A stretch of DNA of 64,000 nt from NCBI GenBank assembly GCA_963850655.1, contig CAWKMI010000017.1, positions 125,195-189,194 on the forward strand, given 5' to 3'. Under the pieces are notes generated by a model, which was not told where the DNA came from, made no database searches, and worked only from the letters and a program-made list of their open reading frames with translations. This document shows, piece after piece, positions 49,870 through 59,442 of the stretch. The stretch is from an uncultured Gemmatimonadales bacterium (GTDB taxonomy: Bacteria; Gemmatimonadota; Gemmatimonadetes; Gemmatimonadales; GWC2-71-9). The number at the start of each line of letters is the position of its first letter. Positions within the stretch are counted from its first letter, which is position 1. Made by a program: the position numbers and the translations under genes.

Positions 49870-50726
49870 GCCACAACCTCGTGAACGGTCCAGCCACTAT
49901 CGAGCGGGACCGGACCGTCATGGATCGCGGAGCGGGCGACCATCTTGTGCTCGTGCAGTGTCCTGAGGGACCCTGTCGCGCGCGATGCAATCCCCGGGAG
50001 CGCGGTCACCATGGTGGGCAGCACGGCCTCGTTGCGGATGTCGCGCGAGTCATACAACTGGAGTCGCCGGTCCGCTGACAGACGCACGGTGCCATCCTCC
50101 CCGAAGGTCACGCCGTGCTGCCGCACACCATCGAGCCAGATCCACTGGCCCGGCGCTTCTCCCTCCCAGTCAATCCATACCAGTGAGTGATCGCGCGAGA
50201 GGTGGCGACCCCAGCGCAGCGTGCGGAAGGGCAGCCGTGTTGGCGAGATGGTCATCCCCATCGACTCGACGTATCCCAGGCCGGTGAATCGGCGGCCGCC
50301 CCACTCGATCTCGGCGGCAGCCAGCGGCATCCGGCTGGACCACCGAATCGCTCCCGCCGGTCCGCGCACCAGGGTCGCGCGGATCGCCGATCGCCGCCGG
50401 TGCCATTGGCCACGAAGGTCGAGCGAACGAGCGCACCATCGAAGGACGTCGCCGGCCACCGTGGGACGCTCGACCTGTCGCACCGAAAACGCCGCTTCGG
50501 TCTTCGCCCCGGGAACCGCCAGAAGGACCGCGGCATGGCGCAGGCGCACCGGCCCCCACCTGAGTCGGGCCGAGTAGCAGATCACGGCGATGCCATCCGA
50601 CGTGGTCAGGTCGAGATACCACTTGCTGAGCTGGAACATTCGCAGTCCGAGGGGAGCAGAATCGAAGGTACGGCGCACCACGGATTGCGGCAATGCGGCA
50701 AGACCGGAACGGGGTCGACCTGCCAT
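49863..50726 (-). CDS. Hypothetical protein, tentatively CrtC/AttH-like (carotenoid 1,2-hydratase / lipocalin-like fold)
   Basis: The N-terminal FDSAPLGLRMFQLSKWYLDLTTSDGIAVICYSARLRWG resembles the CrtC opening (..GGY.WWYVD..SDDG...I.FIGSVFSPWY) as I recall it. The start is ATG 50726 or 50639. Its stop overlaps the start of the triple-fusion gene (atggtga). Confidence 0.4.
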   Translation of the reverse strand: MAGRPRSGLAALPQSVVRRTFDSAPLGLRMFQLSKWYLDLTTSDGIAVICYSARLRWGPVRLRHAAVLLAVPGAKTEAAFSVRQVERPTVAGDVLRWCARSLDLRGQWHRRRSAIRATLVRGPAGAIRWSSRMPLAAAEIEWGGRRFTGLGYVESMGMTISPTRLPFRTLRWGRHLSRDHSLVWIDWEGEAPGQWIWLDGVRQHGVTFGEDGTVRLSADRRLQLYDSRDIRNEAVLPTMVTALPGIASRATGSLRTLHEHKMVARSAIHDGPVPLDSGWTVHEVVAW

Positions 50727-50803
50727 TACCGGTCGCGTCCGGCGAATGCCCGGGCCATATTGCCTCGACCGCGAACCCACAATCGATCTCGCCCGGGGGG
50801 TAA

Positions 50804-52078
50804 ATGGCAACAACACCGGTTCCTGCACAATCGGCCCTGCGCACCGCGCTGGCCGGGCTCATCGGCAATGTGCTCGAGTGGTTCGATTTCGCGGTCTATG
50901 GCTACTTCGCCAGCAACATTGGCAGCCAGTTCTTCACCCAATCCAGTCATGCCACCCAGCAGCTCCTGACGTTCGGCACCTTCGCGCTCGGCTTCCTCGC
51001 GCGGCCGGTCGGCAGCCTGGTGCTGGGCCGGATCGGCGACCGGATCGGGCGGCGCGCGCTGCTGACCTTCTCGATCGTGATGATGGGCGGCGCGACGCTG
51101 ATCCTGGGCCTGCTGCCGACCTACTCGCAGATCGGCGTGATGGCGCCCGTGCTGCTGTTGCTGATGCGACTGCTCCAGGGATTCTCGCTCGGCGGCGAGT
51201 ATACCGGATCGATGGTGTACACCACCGAAGGCTCGTCGCCCCTGATGCGTGGTCTGGTCAGCAGCTCGACGGCCGCCGGCACCACGATCGGCTTCATCCT
51301 CGGGTCAGGCACGGCCTGGCTCGTCAATTCCTTCCTCACGCCCGACCAGGTCAACACCTTCGGCTGGCGGATTCCCTTTGTCGGAAGTGTCGTATTCCTG
51401 GTCTTCGGCTACTACCTGCGGCGCGGCATCATCGAGACCGCCGAAGGCCTCAAGGCCAAGACGATCCGCGACAAGCTGCTGCCATCGATCATTGCCGACC
51501 GCCTGCCGATCCTGCAGACCTTCGGCATCGTGGCGATGACCAACGCGGCGTATTACCTGACCTTCACCTACGCAGTGGAGCGGAGGAAGAGCCTGGCCGC
51601 AGCGAGCGGGGAGGAATTCCTGCTGGCCAATACGCTGACGCTGTTTGTGGTGCTGTTCTCGAAGCCGCTGGGAGGGTGGCTGTCGGACAAGGTCGGGCGC
51701 CGCCGCCTGATGATGGCCCTCACGGTCGTGATGATGGCGATGATCTACCCGGCGCTGCAGCTCATGCTCTACGGCGCACCCGAGCACTTCATGTTCGGGC
51801 AGATCCTGGTGGCGATTCCCATCGGGATGGCGCTCGGGCTGCAGGGCGCGATGGTAGTGGAGATCTTCCCGCTCCGTTCGCGCGTGACCTCGATGAGCCT
51901 GGCCTACAGCCTCACCCTGGCGCTGGCCGGCGGCACGGCGCCGCTGGTCTCGAGCTGGCTGATCGAGGCGCTGGGCCACCCGCTCGCGCCGGCCTACTAC
52001 ATCATGCTCTACGGCGCGATCGGCCTGGCGATCATGTGGCCGATGGCCGAAACAAATACGCGAAGACTCGACGTGTAG
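50804..52078 (+). CDS. MFS transporter, metabolite:H+ symporter (MHS; ProP/KgtP-like) family
   Basis: Intact 424-aa ORF with the N-terminal GNVLEWFDFAVYGYFA signature, GRIGDRIGRR, and 12 predicted helices. Confidence 0.85.
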   Translation: MATTPVPAQSALRTALAGLIGNVLEWFDFAVYGYFASNIGSQFFTQSSHATQQLLTFGTFALGFLARPVGSLVLGRIGDRIGRRALLTFSIVMMGGATLILGLLPTYSQIGVMAPVLLLLMRLLQGFSLGGEYTGSMVYTTEGSSPLMRGLVSSSTAAGTTIGFILGSGTAWLVNSFLTPDQVNTFGWRIPFVGSVVFLVFGYYLRRGIIETAEGLKAKTIRDKLLPSIIADRLPILQTFGIVAMTNAAYYLTFTYAVERRKSLAAASGEEFLLANTLTLFVVLFSKPLGGWLSDKVGRRRLMMALTVVMMAMIYPALQLMLYGAPEHFMFGQILVAIPIGMALGLQGAMVVEIFPLRSRVTSMSLAYSLTLALAGGTAPLVSSWLIEALGHPLAPAYYIMLYGAIGLAIMWPMAETNTRRLDV

Positions 52079-52089
52079 TTCCGGAGATT

Positions 52090-52119
52090 CCGGGGCGATT
52101 GCGGATGCGATCGCCCCGG
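52090..52119. terminator. Hairpin between convergent MFS and amidohydrolase genes
   Basis: A 10-bp stem ccggggcgat / atcgccccgg with a 10-nt loop in the 63-nt convergent gap. There is no clear U-tract. Confidence 0.5.
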
Positions 52120-52141
52120 CCGGCCGTTCATGCGCGCCGGT

Positions 52142-53872
52142 CTACTCTCGCGCCGCCGGCCGGTACCCCGCTCCGCGCACGACCTTGCCCGGCAGCGCGT
52201 TGGTCATCTTCCCTTCCGCAATCACCGGCACGCCGTTGACCAGCACGTACCGCATCCCCACCGCCAGCTGGTTGGGATCCTCGAACGTCGCCGTGTCACG
52301 GATCGAGTCGGGATCGAAGACCACAATGTCGGCCCACATCCCCTGCTTGAGCACTCCGCGATCGGCCAGTCGCATCTGCTGCGCTGGCAGCGCGGAGAAC
52401 TTCCGGATGGCGTCCTCGAGGGTGAGCTTGTGCTCCTCACGCACGTACCTTCGGAGAATCCGCGGGAAGGTTCCGTACGCGCGAGGATGGGGATGCTCCT
52501 TGCCGAGCAGTCCGTCGGGCGCGGTGCCCTGCGAATCGTTGTCGCCCGACACCCACGGTTGCTGCAATGCCAGGACGACATCCGGCTCGTACATTCCGAA
52601 GACGGCGTTCGCGGTGAATGCCTCGTCCTCAACCAGGATGTCCATCAGTGTCTCGATGGGATCCTTGCCTCGTGCCTTGGCGATCTGCGCCAGCGTCTTC
52701 CCCTGCAACGGCAGCAACTCGGGATGGCCCACGACGGCGACGAGGATCGCTTCCGGTCCGGGAACCTCCTGCCACTCGTTGTCCCAGGAAGCATCCGGGG
52801 TGAGCATCTCCTTCCGGATGCGCGCGCGCATTGCCGGATCCTCGAGCCGCTCGATCATCTTCTTGTCGCCGCCATCGTGCGCCCATGGCGGGATGAAGGC
52901 CGACATGTCATTGAACCACGCCGGGTAGGCGTAGGTGTTCGCCCCGATGTCGACGCCGCTCGCCCGGGCCGAGTCGATCTTCGCCACGATGCGCGGCATC
53001 CATCCCCATTGCGGCTTGCCGGCCGCCTTCAGGTGCCAGATCTCCACCGGGATCCTCGCCTCGCGCCCGATGCGGACCGCCTCGTCGATCGCCTCGAAGA
53101 CGCCAGCCCCCTCCGAGCGGAGGTGCGTGGCGTAGACGCCGCCGTGCCGCGCCGCCTCACTCGCCAGGGCGATCAGCTCCTCGGTGGTGGCATAGGGAGC
53201 CGGCGCGTACTGCAGCGAGGTAGATACACCGACGGCTCCATCCGCCATTGCTGAACGCACCAGCGCCTTCATGCTGTCGAGTTCCGTTGGGGATGGCTGC
53301 CGGTCCTTGTCCCCGAGCACCATCCGCCGCACCTGGGTCGCGCCGACGTAGGTCGCGAGGTTGATCCCCATTCCCTGTTTCTCGAGCCTGGCGAAATACT
53401 GATCCAGCGTTCGCCATTCCGGGGTGAGCTGGAAGTGCTCGTACTTGACGTGATCGGCCGCGATGATCGAATCGTTCAGCGGCGCCACCGACCCGCCCTC
53501 CCCGGTGATTTCCGTGGTGATCCCCTGGAAGATCTTCGATGGCAGGTGCGGATCGACCAGGATCGTCAGCTCTGACTGTCCCAGCATGTCGATGAAGCCC
53601 GGCGCGACCACCATGCCGTGGGCATCGACTCGACGTGACGCGGGCGAACTGTCCAGTTGGCCGATCGCGGCAATCCTGCCATCCCGGATCCCGACATCGC
53701 CCGCGTACCATGGCGAGCCCGTGCCGTCGATGATATGCCCGTTTTCGATCACCAGGTCGAATGGCGCGACGGTAACCTGGCGTGCGGGTGCACAGCCCAC
53801 GACACCGCCGAGAATGGCGAGGATGAGGAGATCTCGAGAGTCCGCGCGCGCAGTCCACTTCATCGCATGCAT
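52142..53872 (-). CDS. N-acyl-D-amino-acid deacylase (D-aminoacylase)-family amidohydrolase, probable lipoprotein
   Basis: Intact 576-aa ORF with leader ...LLILAILGGVVGC. Motifs: IIDGTGSPWYAGDVGIRDGRIAAIG, APGFIDMLGQSE, GVYATHLRSEG, TDAHFPH-like regions, and VVFDPDSIRDTATFEDP at the C-terminus. Confidence 0.75.
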   Translation of the reverse strand: MHAMKWTARADSRDLLILAILGGVVGCAPARQVTVAPFDLVIENGHIIDGTGSPWYAGDVGIRDGRIAAIGQLDSSPASRRVDAHGMVVAPGFIDMLGQSELTILVDPHLPSKIFQGITTEITGEGGSVAPLNDSIIAADHVKYEHFQLTPEWRTLDQYFARLEKQGMGINLATYVGATQVRRMVLGDKDRQPSPTELDSMKALVRSAMADGAVGVSTSLQYAPAPYATTEELIALASEAARHGGVYATHLRSEGAGVFEAIDEAVRIGREARIPVEIWHLKAAGKPQWGWMPRIVAKIDSARASGVDIGANTYAYPAWFNDMSAFIPPWAHDGGDKKMIERLEDPAMRARIRKEMLTPDASWDNEWQEVPGPEAILVAVVGHPELLPLQGKTLAQIAKARGKDPIETLMDILVEDEAFTANAVFGMYEPDVVLALQQPWVSGDNDSQGTAPDGLLGKEHPHPRAYGTFPRILRRYVREEHKLTLEDAIRKFSALPAQQMRLADRGVLKQGMWADIVVFDPDSIRDTATFEDPNQLAVGMRYVLVNGVPVIAEGKMTNALPGKVVRGAGYRPAARE

Positions 53873-54050
53873 GGATGTTGCCTCACTTGAGGGGCCGGGC
53901 AGGGCCGATTCCCGGCGCAGGCCGGTACGAGAACCTCCTGCCCTTCGTCCCGGTCACCAGCAACGACGGGCGGAAGAAGCGCGACAGGTTCCTGACGATG
54001 GGGATCGCGCTGTCGTCCTGTGCGGTTGCAAGGGTGGGAGAGGACGCGCG

Positions 54051-54734
54051 CTATTCTTCCTCCCCCTTCTTCTCCTCACGCCGCGCGGCGAAGACCTGTT
54101 TCCACGACTCGTGGATCGCCTGCGATGAGCCGATCCCCGCCGCGATCGCGAAGGCAACCCCGATCGAGCCGAAGCCGATCAGGAACGCCCCCATCACGAT
54201 CTGGCGGGCGAAATCGAGCTCCCAGACCGCCAGGGCGGCGACGATCGCCAGCACCGCCGCCTTCGCCATCCCGGCCAGCAGGCGGGGACTGGGGAGTCCT
54301 GCTTCGACCACGGCACCCTCGACCCGCTCGCCGACGGCCGTTGCAATCAGCAGCCCGACGCCAACCACCACTCCCGCGATCGCCAGCTTCGGCAGGTAGG
54401 CGATGACGTTGTCGACCACGCCAGAAAGGACCTCAAGGCCCCAGATCTGCAGCGCGTTGTCCAGAAACACCAGCAAGACCACCACCAGCGTGATCGTGCC
54501 GACGAGGTTGTAGAGCGCCTCCCGAACATCCGCCTTGGCCAGGGCCGAACGCCACGTGGTCGGACCCCCGAGGCGATCAAGCCGGAGCCACTTGAGCGCG
54601 GCCACGACGGTCCGTTTGGCCAGCCACCCCACCACCAGGCCGATGACCACGACGACGAGACCGGCGGTGAAGGTGGGGAGATACCCAGTGAAACGGGAGC
54701 TCAATTCCGCGAGGGGACCCTGGACCGTCTGCAT
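54051..54734 (-). CDS. Membrane protein with conserved TM-helix repeats (MscS-associated TM_helix type)
   Basis: Intact 227-aa ORF. The repeated pattern LP.(F/L).(A/I)(G/A).VV...G..V is seen three times (YLPTFTAGLVVVVIGLVVGWL, YLPKLAIAGVVVGVGLLIA, AKAAVLAIVAALAVW). Acidic/Lys tail EEKKGEEE. Confidence 0.6.
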   Translation of the reverse strand: MQTVQGPLAELSSRFTGYLPTFTAGLVVVVIGLVVGWLAKRTVVAALKWLRLDRLGGPTTWRSALAKADVREALYNLVGTITLVVVLLVFLDNALQIWGLEVLSGVVDNVIAYLPKLAIAGVVVGVGLLIATAVGERVEGAVVEAGLPSPRLLAGMAKAAVLAIVAALAVWELDFARQIVMGAFLIGFGSIGVAFAIAAGIGSSQAIHESWKQVFAARREEKKGEEE

Positions 54735-54742
54735 GTCGACTC

Positions 54743-56988
54743 CTACCGTTGACCGAAGAAGGCGCGCTCAAACCGGCCCGCGCGTTGGGGCGCTACCGCA
54801 CGAACCACCAGCACCGGACTGGTGCCCCGCTTGGCGATCGTGGTGGGCACGGTGTCACCGAAGAGCGGCAACGTCGGGCCAACACTCGGACTGCCGATCA
54901 CGACCAGGTCGTTCGCACCCACGGCGGCAGCCAGTCCTCCCCCGTTTCGCGGCGATGCAGCACCTGTACTTCGGCGGGCAGCCCGGCTGATTCAGCGGTT
55001 TCGCGCGCCGCCCGCACCAGGGCCTCGGCTACGGGACGCTTGGTGCCACGCTCCACTACGGTCACCGGGTGGATCTCGGCGTTGAATCCATCCCGGAAGG
55101 CCGTGGCCAGCTCGCCGGCCAGGCGAGAGTTGGCACCGGTGGTGATCGGCACCACGATCCGCCGGATCGCGGTGGCGTCCACGGCGCCATACAGCACGCC
55201 GACGTGGCAGGGAGCACGCGACAGGACTCGGTCGACGATCGAGGCCACCACCCGGTCGAGGAACGAATGGCCGATCGGCTGTCCCATGATGAGGAGGTTG
55301 CAGCCTTCCTCGCGAGCCGTTTCGGTAATGCCGCTGCTGATGCGATGGGCAATTCGCAGCACCGGGGTCGACGCCACGCCCCGTTCAGCCGCGTACTTCA
55401 CAGCGGACTCGAGCAGCGGTTCGGCCGCATCGGTGCGGGCGCGGCCCGCTGCCAGCGGCTCGCCCTCGGGAATCTCGATGACGGTCACCAGCACCAGCGA
55501 TCCGTCGTGTTGCCGGACAATCGGCGCCGCAATGTCGATCAGGTGCCGCGCGGTCGCCGGATTGGCAATCGCCACCAGCACGCGGTACTCCCGGCGCTCC
55601 AGCCGTTCCATCCACCGCACCCGTTCGATGAAGCGGGCCTCCCGCTTGCGGCCGTGTCCGTAGTAGTAGATGCCCCCGGCGAGGATCCATCCGCCCGAGG
55701 CGAGCCACGCCAGCGGGTACTGGATCAGCATGAAGATGGCGATCAGGAGCATCGCCAGGATCGCGATCACCGGCGTGAACGGCACGAGCGGAACCCGGAA
55801 TCCGCGATCGAGATCTGGTCGCTGCCGACGCAGCCTGATCAGCGCAATGTTGACGCCACCGAACAGGAACAGAAAGGTCATGCCGGCCGCGGCGGCGACA
55901 TCCTCGATCGGCAGCGCCACGGCCATGAGGATGATCAGCGCCGCGGAGGTTGCGATCGCCCAGTGCGGCGTTCCCCGCACCGGGTGCACCTGCGACAGCG
56001 CCTCGGGCAAGCTGCCGTCGCGTGCCATCGCAAATGCCACCCTCGAGGAGGAATAGATCGTCGCGTTGAGCGCCGAGATGGTCGACAGCAGGCCGCCCAC
56101 GAGGATCAGGATCCCGCCACCGAGCATGAACTGGTTGGCGGCGTTGACCAGGGCAATCTCCTTGGCCTGTCCCAGGTATTCGGTGATTGCCAGCCCCGGC
56201 GGTGGAACCACGCCGCCGATTGCGACCAGGGCCACCAGAAGGTAGATCGGAATGACGATGAAGATCGCGAGAAAGACGGCCCGGGGGATGTTCCGCTTGG
56301 GATCGATCAGTTCCTCGCTGGTCTGCGCGATGATCTCGTATCCCTCGAAGGCGATGAAGGTGAGGCCCATGGCCCCCAGGATCCCGCCCCACCCGTGGGT
56401 CATGAACGGCGTGAAGGCGCCCTGCCAGCCGGGGCGGTGCACCATGGCCCACAGGCCTGCCGCGATGAACACGCCGATGATGGCGACCTTCCCGATGGTG
56501 ACAACGTTGCCGGCACGGCCGGTTTCGGATGCGCCGCGGTAGTTGATGTAGGCGAAGACGATGCACGCGACGACCGCCGCCCACACCTCGAACGGCAGAA
56601 TTGGTGTGGTGATGTCACGGACCCCGGCCACGCTGAGGACTTCCTTGAAATAGGCACCGAACCCCAGACCGTACAGCGAGCATGCAACCGCGTGAGCGAA
56701 CCAGCTCATCAACCCGGCCAGGAAGCCGCTGGGATCAGGTAGCGAGGCCTTGATGTAGAGATAGCCGCCCCCTGCCCCATGGACTGCGCCGCCCAGTTCG
56801 GCGTAGGCCATGGCCGTCAGCAAGGCCACCAGGGCGTTCAGCGCGAACACCATGATCAGCGCGGGCCCGGCCACCCCCGCCGCGATGCCGGTCAGCACGA
56901 AGATGCCGGCGCCGATCATGGCCCCGACTCCGATCATCGTCACGTCGAGCAGCCGCATCTCGCGGCTCAGGCGTACGTCCATATCCAT
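54743..56988 (-). pseudogene. APC-family amino acid/polyamine permease fused to tandem universal stress protein (USP) domains; one frameshift near the 3' end
   Basis: ORF 54898..56988 (696 aa) has 12 or more TM helices (GVGAMIGAGIFVLTG), then USP domains (YRVLVAIANPATARHLIDIAAPI..., CNLLIMGQP, RRIVVPITTGANS). The end of the last USP domain, GANDLVVIGSPSVGPTLPLFGDTVPTTIAKRGTSPVLVVR...GQR-TAG (~54743), is in another frame. The switch is at a C5 run at about 54939-54943. Confidence 0.8.
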
Positions 56989-56997
56989 CCTCGCTGC

Positions 56998-58671
56998 CTA
57001 CCCGACGTCAGCCGGATTGGCCTGAGCCGTTGGCCAGGCCCGGGTGTTGGGGAAGCCCTTGAAGTAGGTCGCGACCGCTTCGCTGGTCCCGCTGACATAG
57101 ACGGTGTCGTCGGGCAGCACCTCGAAGGTGGGGTCGAACTCGACGATCACCTGGTCGCCGCGCTCGACCGCAACCACCGAGCAGCCTGTGCGCACCCGGA
57201 TCCGGAATTCCTCGAGCGGCCGACCGGTCAGGCTCTCGCCCGACGTGGCCACCAGCTTGATCGCCGCTTCGAGCGAAACGGACTCCTGCCCGAGAATGTG
57301 GTAGGTAAGCAGCTGCCCCGCGACCTGACTGACGGAGAGCGCGAAGTCCGCACCGGCCCGGTGAATCCGGGAGACATTTTCCACCCGGCGCGTGCCGGCA
57401 ATGACCACGGCATCGGGCGCGAGGCTCCGGATGACGGCGGCGGTGAAGATGGTGGAGCTGTCGCTCTCCAGCGTGAGCACGATGGCCTGAGCCTCGCGAG
57501 CACCGGCTTGTTCCAGCACCTTGGCGTTCAGGGGGTCACCGACGATGTCCACTCCCTCCGCCGCTCGCGGAGCAAGGACTCGAAAATTTTCCTCGGCATC
57601 CTTCAGCAACTCGGCCACCTTCTGTCCGAGAGAGCCGTGGCCGATCAGTAGGATCGCTCCCCGGCGCGGCGCCGCGGTTGCGGTGGTGCCTAGCCGGCCG
57701 ATCGCTTCGTGGCTCCCGACCACCACGAGGATGGTCCCCGGATCAAGCCTGGTGCTGATCGGCGGCTGCCGGAGGAGCTCACCAGCCACCCACATCCCGA
57801 CAATGGTCGCACCGGTCTGGGCACGGATTCCCGCCTCGGCAATGGTCTTCCCGGCCAGCGGACTGCCAGCGTGCAGCCGCAATTCAGCCACCTCAAGGTG
57901 CTGTCCCAGATGGCGCACGCCGGCGACCCGGGGACTGATCCGGGCGCTGGCACGGGCGGCCAGGGCGGCCGCGAGCACATGGTCGGGGGTGAACGCGGCG
58001 GTGGCGCCCGCCCGGATCATCGGGGGCCGATGCAGGGGATCATCCATCAGCGCCAGGACCGGCCCGGTGAATCCGTGATACCGGGCCGCCAATGCCATCG
58101 AGGCGTTGTCATTGTCGTTGCCATTGAGGACCAACCCTCGGGCCCCCACCAGATTCGAGAGGTCGGGATCCTCCTCCTCGAGGTTGCCGAGGACCACCTT
58201 GCGCCCCCGTCCGCTGAGCCGGCGCGCCAAGGCCCCGTCTTCTTCGAAGATGGTCACCGGCACTTTCGCCTGATCGAGCTCCTGGATCAGCGAGGTCACC
58301 GCTGGGCCGTAGCGATAGATCAACACCTGGCCCTTCAGGGAGGGCAGCTTGCTCGAAAGCCGTGCCTCGAACCGCTCCTCGAAGAACGGAATGATGAACA
58401 CAGGGAAGATCAGGAACATCATGAACAGGCCGATGAACTGCACGCTGATCACATAGGCCTGCATCAACGGATGGGTCCAGCCGGTGTCGCGGCCGTATCC
58501 GGTGGTGGTCATCGTCTCGGCGGCCCACTCGAAGCTGGCGGTCAGCGTACGCGGCTGGCCTTCGAGATACCCCATGCCGAACTGGTACACGAGTGCCAGG
58601 ACGAGGAGCGTCACCGGCAGCACCAGCAGCATGATCAGCAGGCGGCGATACGAGCGGGAAAGGCGTGGCAT
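56998..58671 (-). CDS. 2TM potassium channel with two tandem RCK (TrkA-N/TrkA-C) modules
   Basis: Start at MPRLSRSYRRLLIMLLVL (ATG 58671, inside track ORF 56998..59442). Selectivity filter AETMTTTGYGR. Two Rossmann-like segments: VLIYRYGPAVTSLIQEL and ILLIGHGSLGQKVAELL. Confidence 0.85.
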   Translation of the reverse strand: MPRLSRSYRRLLIMLLVLPVTLLVLALVYQFGMGYLEGQPRTLTASFEWAAETMTTTGYGRDTGWTHPLMQAYVISVQFIGLFMMFLIFPVFIIPFFEERFEARLSSKLPSLKGQVLIYRYGPAVTSLIQELDQAKVPVTIFEEDGALARRLSGRGRKVVLGNLEEEDPDLSNLVGARGLVLNGNDNDNASMALAARYHGFTGPVLALMDDPLHRPPMIRAGATAAFTPDHVLAAALAARASARISPRVAGVRHLGQHLEVAELRLHAGSPLAGKTIAEAGIRAQTGATIVGMWVAGELLRQPPISTRLDPGTILVVVGSHEAIGRLGTTATAAPRRGAILLIGHGSLGQKVAELLKDAEENFRVLAPRAAEGVDIVGDPLNAKVLEQAGAREAQAIVLTLESDSSTIFTAAVIRSLAPDAVVIAGTRRVENVSRIHRAGADFALSVSQVAGQLLTYHILGQESVSLEAAIKLVATSGESLTGRPLEEFRIRVRTGCSVVAVERGDQVIVEFDPTFEVLPDDTVYVSGTSEAVATYFKGFPNTRAWPTAQANPADVG

Positions 58672-58856
58672 CCGATTGAGTGTCGCCACGTGGGCGACGT
58701 TTGGCAATCGCGTCTGGGAATCATCGGTGCAGGTGCGGGACGCCCAGGCTCCGGGATTGGGCGGTCGATCCCCGGCATCCACCAAGAAGACGGCCTGCCT
58801 CGCTGAGCGGGGCAGGCCATCTGAAGTGCGGGTCACGGACGTGACCCGCGGGAAGT

Positions 58857-59442
58857 CAGAGGATCCTAGCGACCGAACCACCACCTCGCCCACCCCGGCT
58901 ACCACCCATGCCACCCATGCCGCCACCTCGGCGCCGCGCTGGAGCCACTTCATCTGGACCCACTCCTTGTAACTCACCCACTGCCCCGGTTGAGGACCGG
59001 CTTGACCGTCTTGAGGTAGTAGTCGCTGTCGATCTTGCGCAGCTTTTCGAGAAGCTTGGTGTAGTCCTTGAGCGCCTTCGCCTTGTCGACCGTCCCTTCG
59101 GGCTTGGCCACCGGGATCGGGGCGGTATAGCCCGCCGACCACGGCGAGGCGGCCGATCGAGTCGCGCAGCGGCTGGGTCTTGGCGAGGTGATCGGCGCGG
59201 ATCTGGTCGAGCTTGGCCCGCTGGCTCTCCTCAAGGGAGAGCAGCACCTGCACCGAGTCGAACGCGAACGGCCCGGTCAGGTCGGAATAGAATGGCGCCA
59301 GCGACATGTCGAGCCCGCCGGCATTCCGGCCACCACCACCCCGCCCGCCGAAGCCCCCGATATCCTGAGCTGTGGCGTAACTCGCAGGAATCAGAGCGGC
59401 CAGAAGGAGGGTGGCGGCGCTGAAAGCGACACGGGATCGCAT
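58857..59442 (-). pseudogene. Paralogue of the 8229..8738 Gly-rich Spy/CpxP/ZraP-like periplasmic protein, frameshifted
   Basis: The signal peptide MRSRVAFSAATLLLAALIPASYATAQ, GGFGGRGGGGRNAGG and FDSVQVLLSLEESQRAKLDQIRADHLAKTQPLRDSI are in the frame of ORF 56998..59442. AKPEGTVDKAKALKDYTKLLEKLRKIDSDYYLKTVKPVLN is in ORF 58974..59234. Then comes QWVSYKEWVQMKWLQ. A Gly/Met tail (GGGMGGMGGSRGGRGGG) and a stop ~58857 appear in a further frame. Confidence 0.45.

Noticed and set aside
56998-59442. An 814-aa ORF suggesting a K+ channel with a long N-terminal secreted domain
   Set aside because: It is a chimera. The first ~190 codons belong to a separate, frameshifted Spy-like gene with its own signal peptide. 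The channel has its own ATG at 58671, and the linker is compositionally non-coding.
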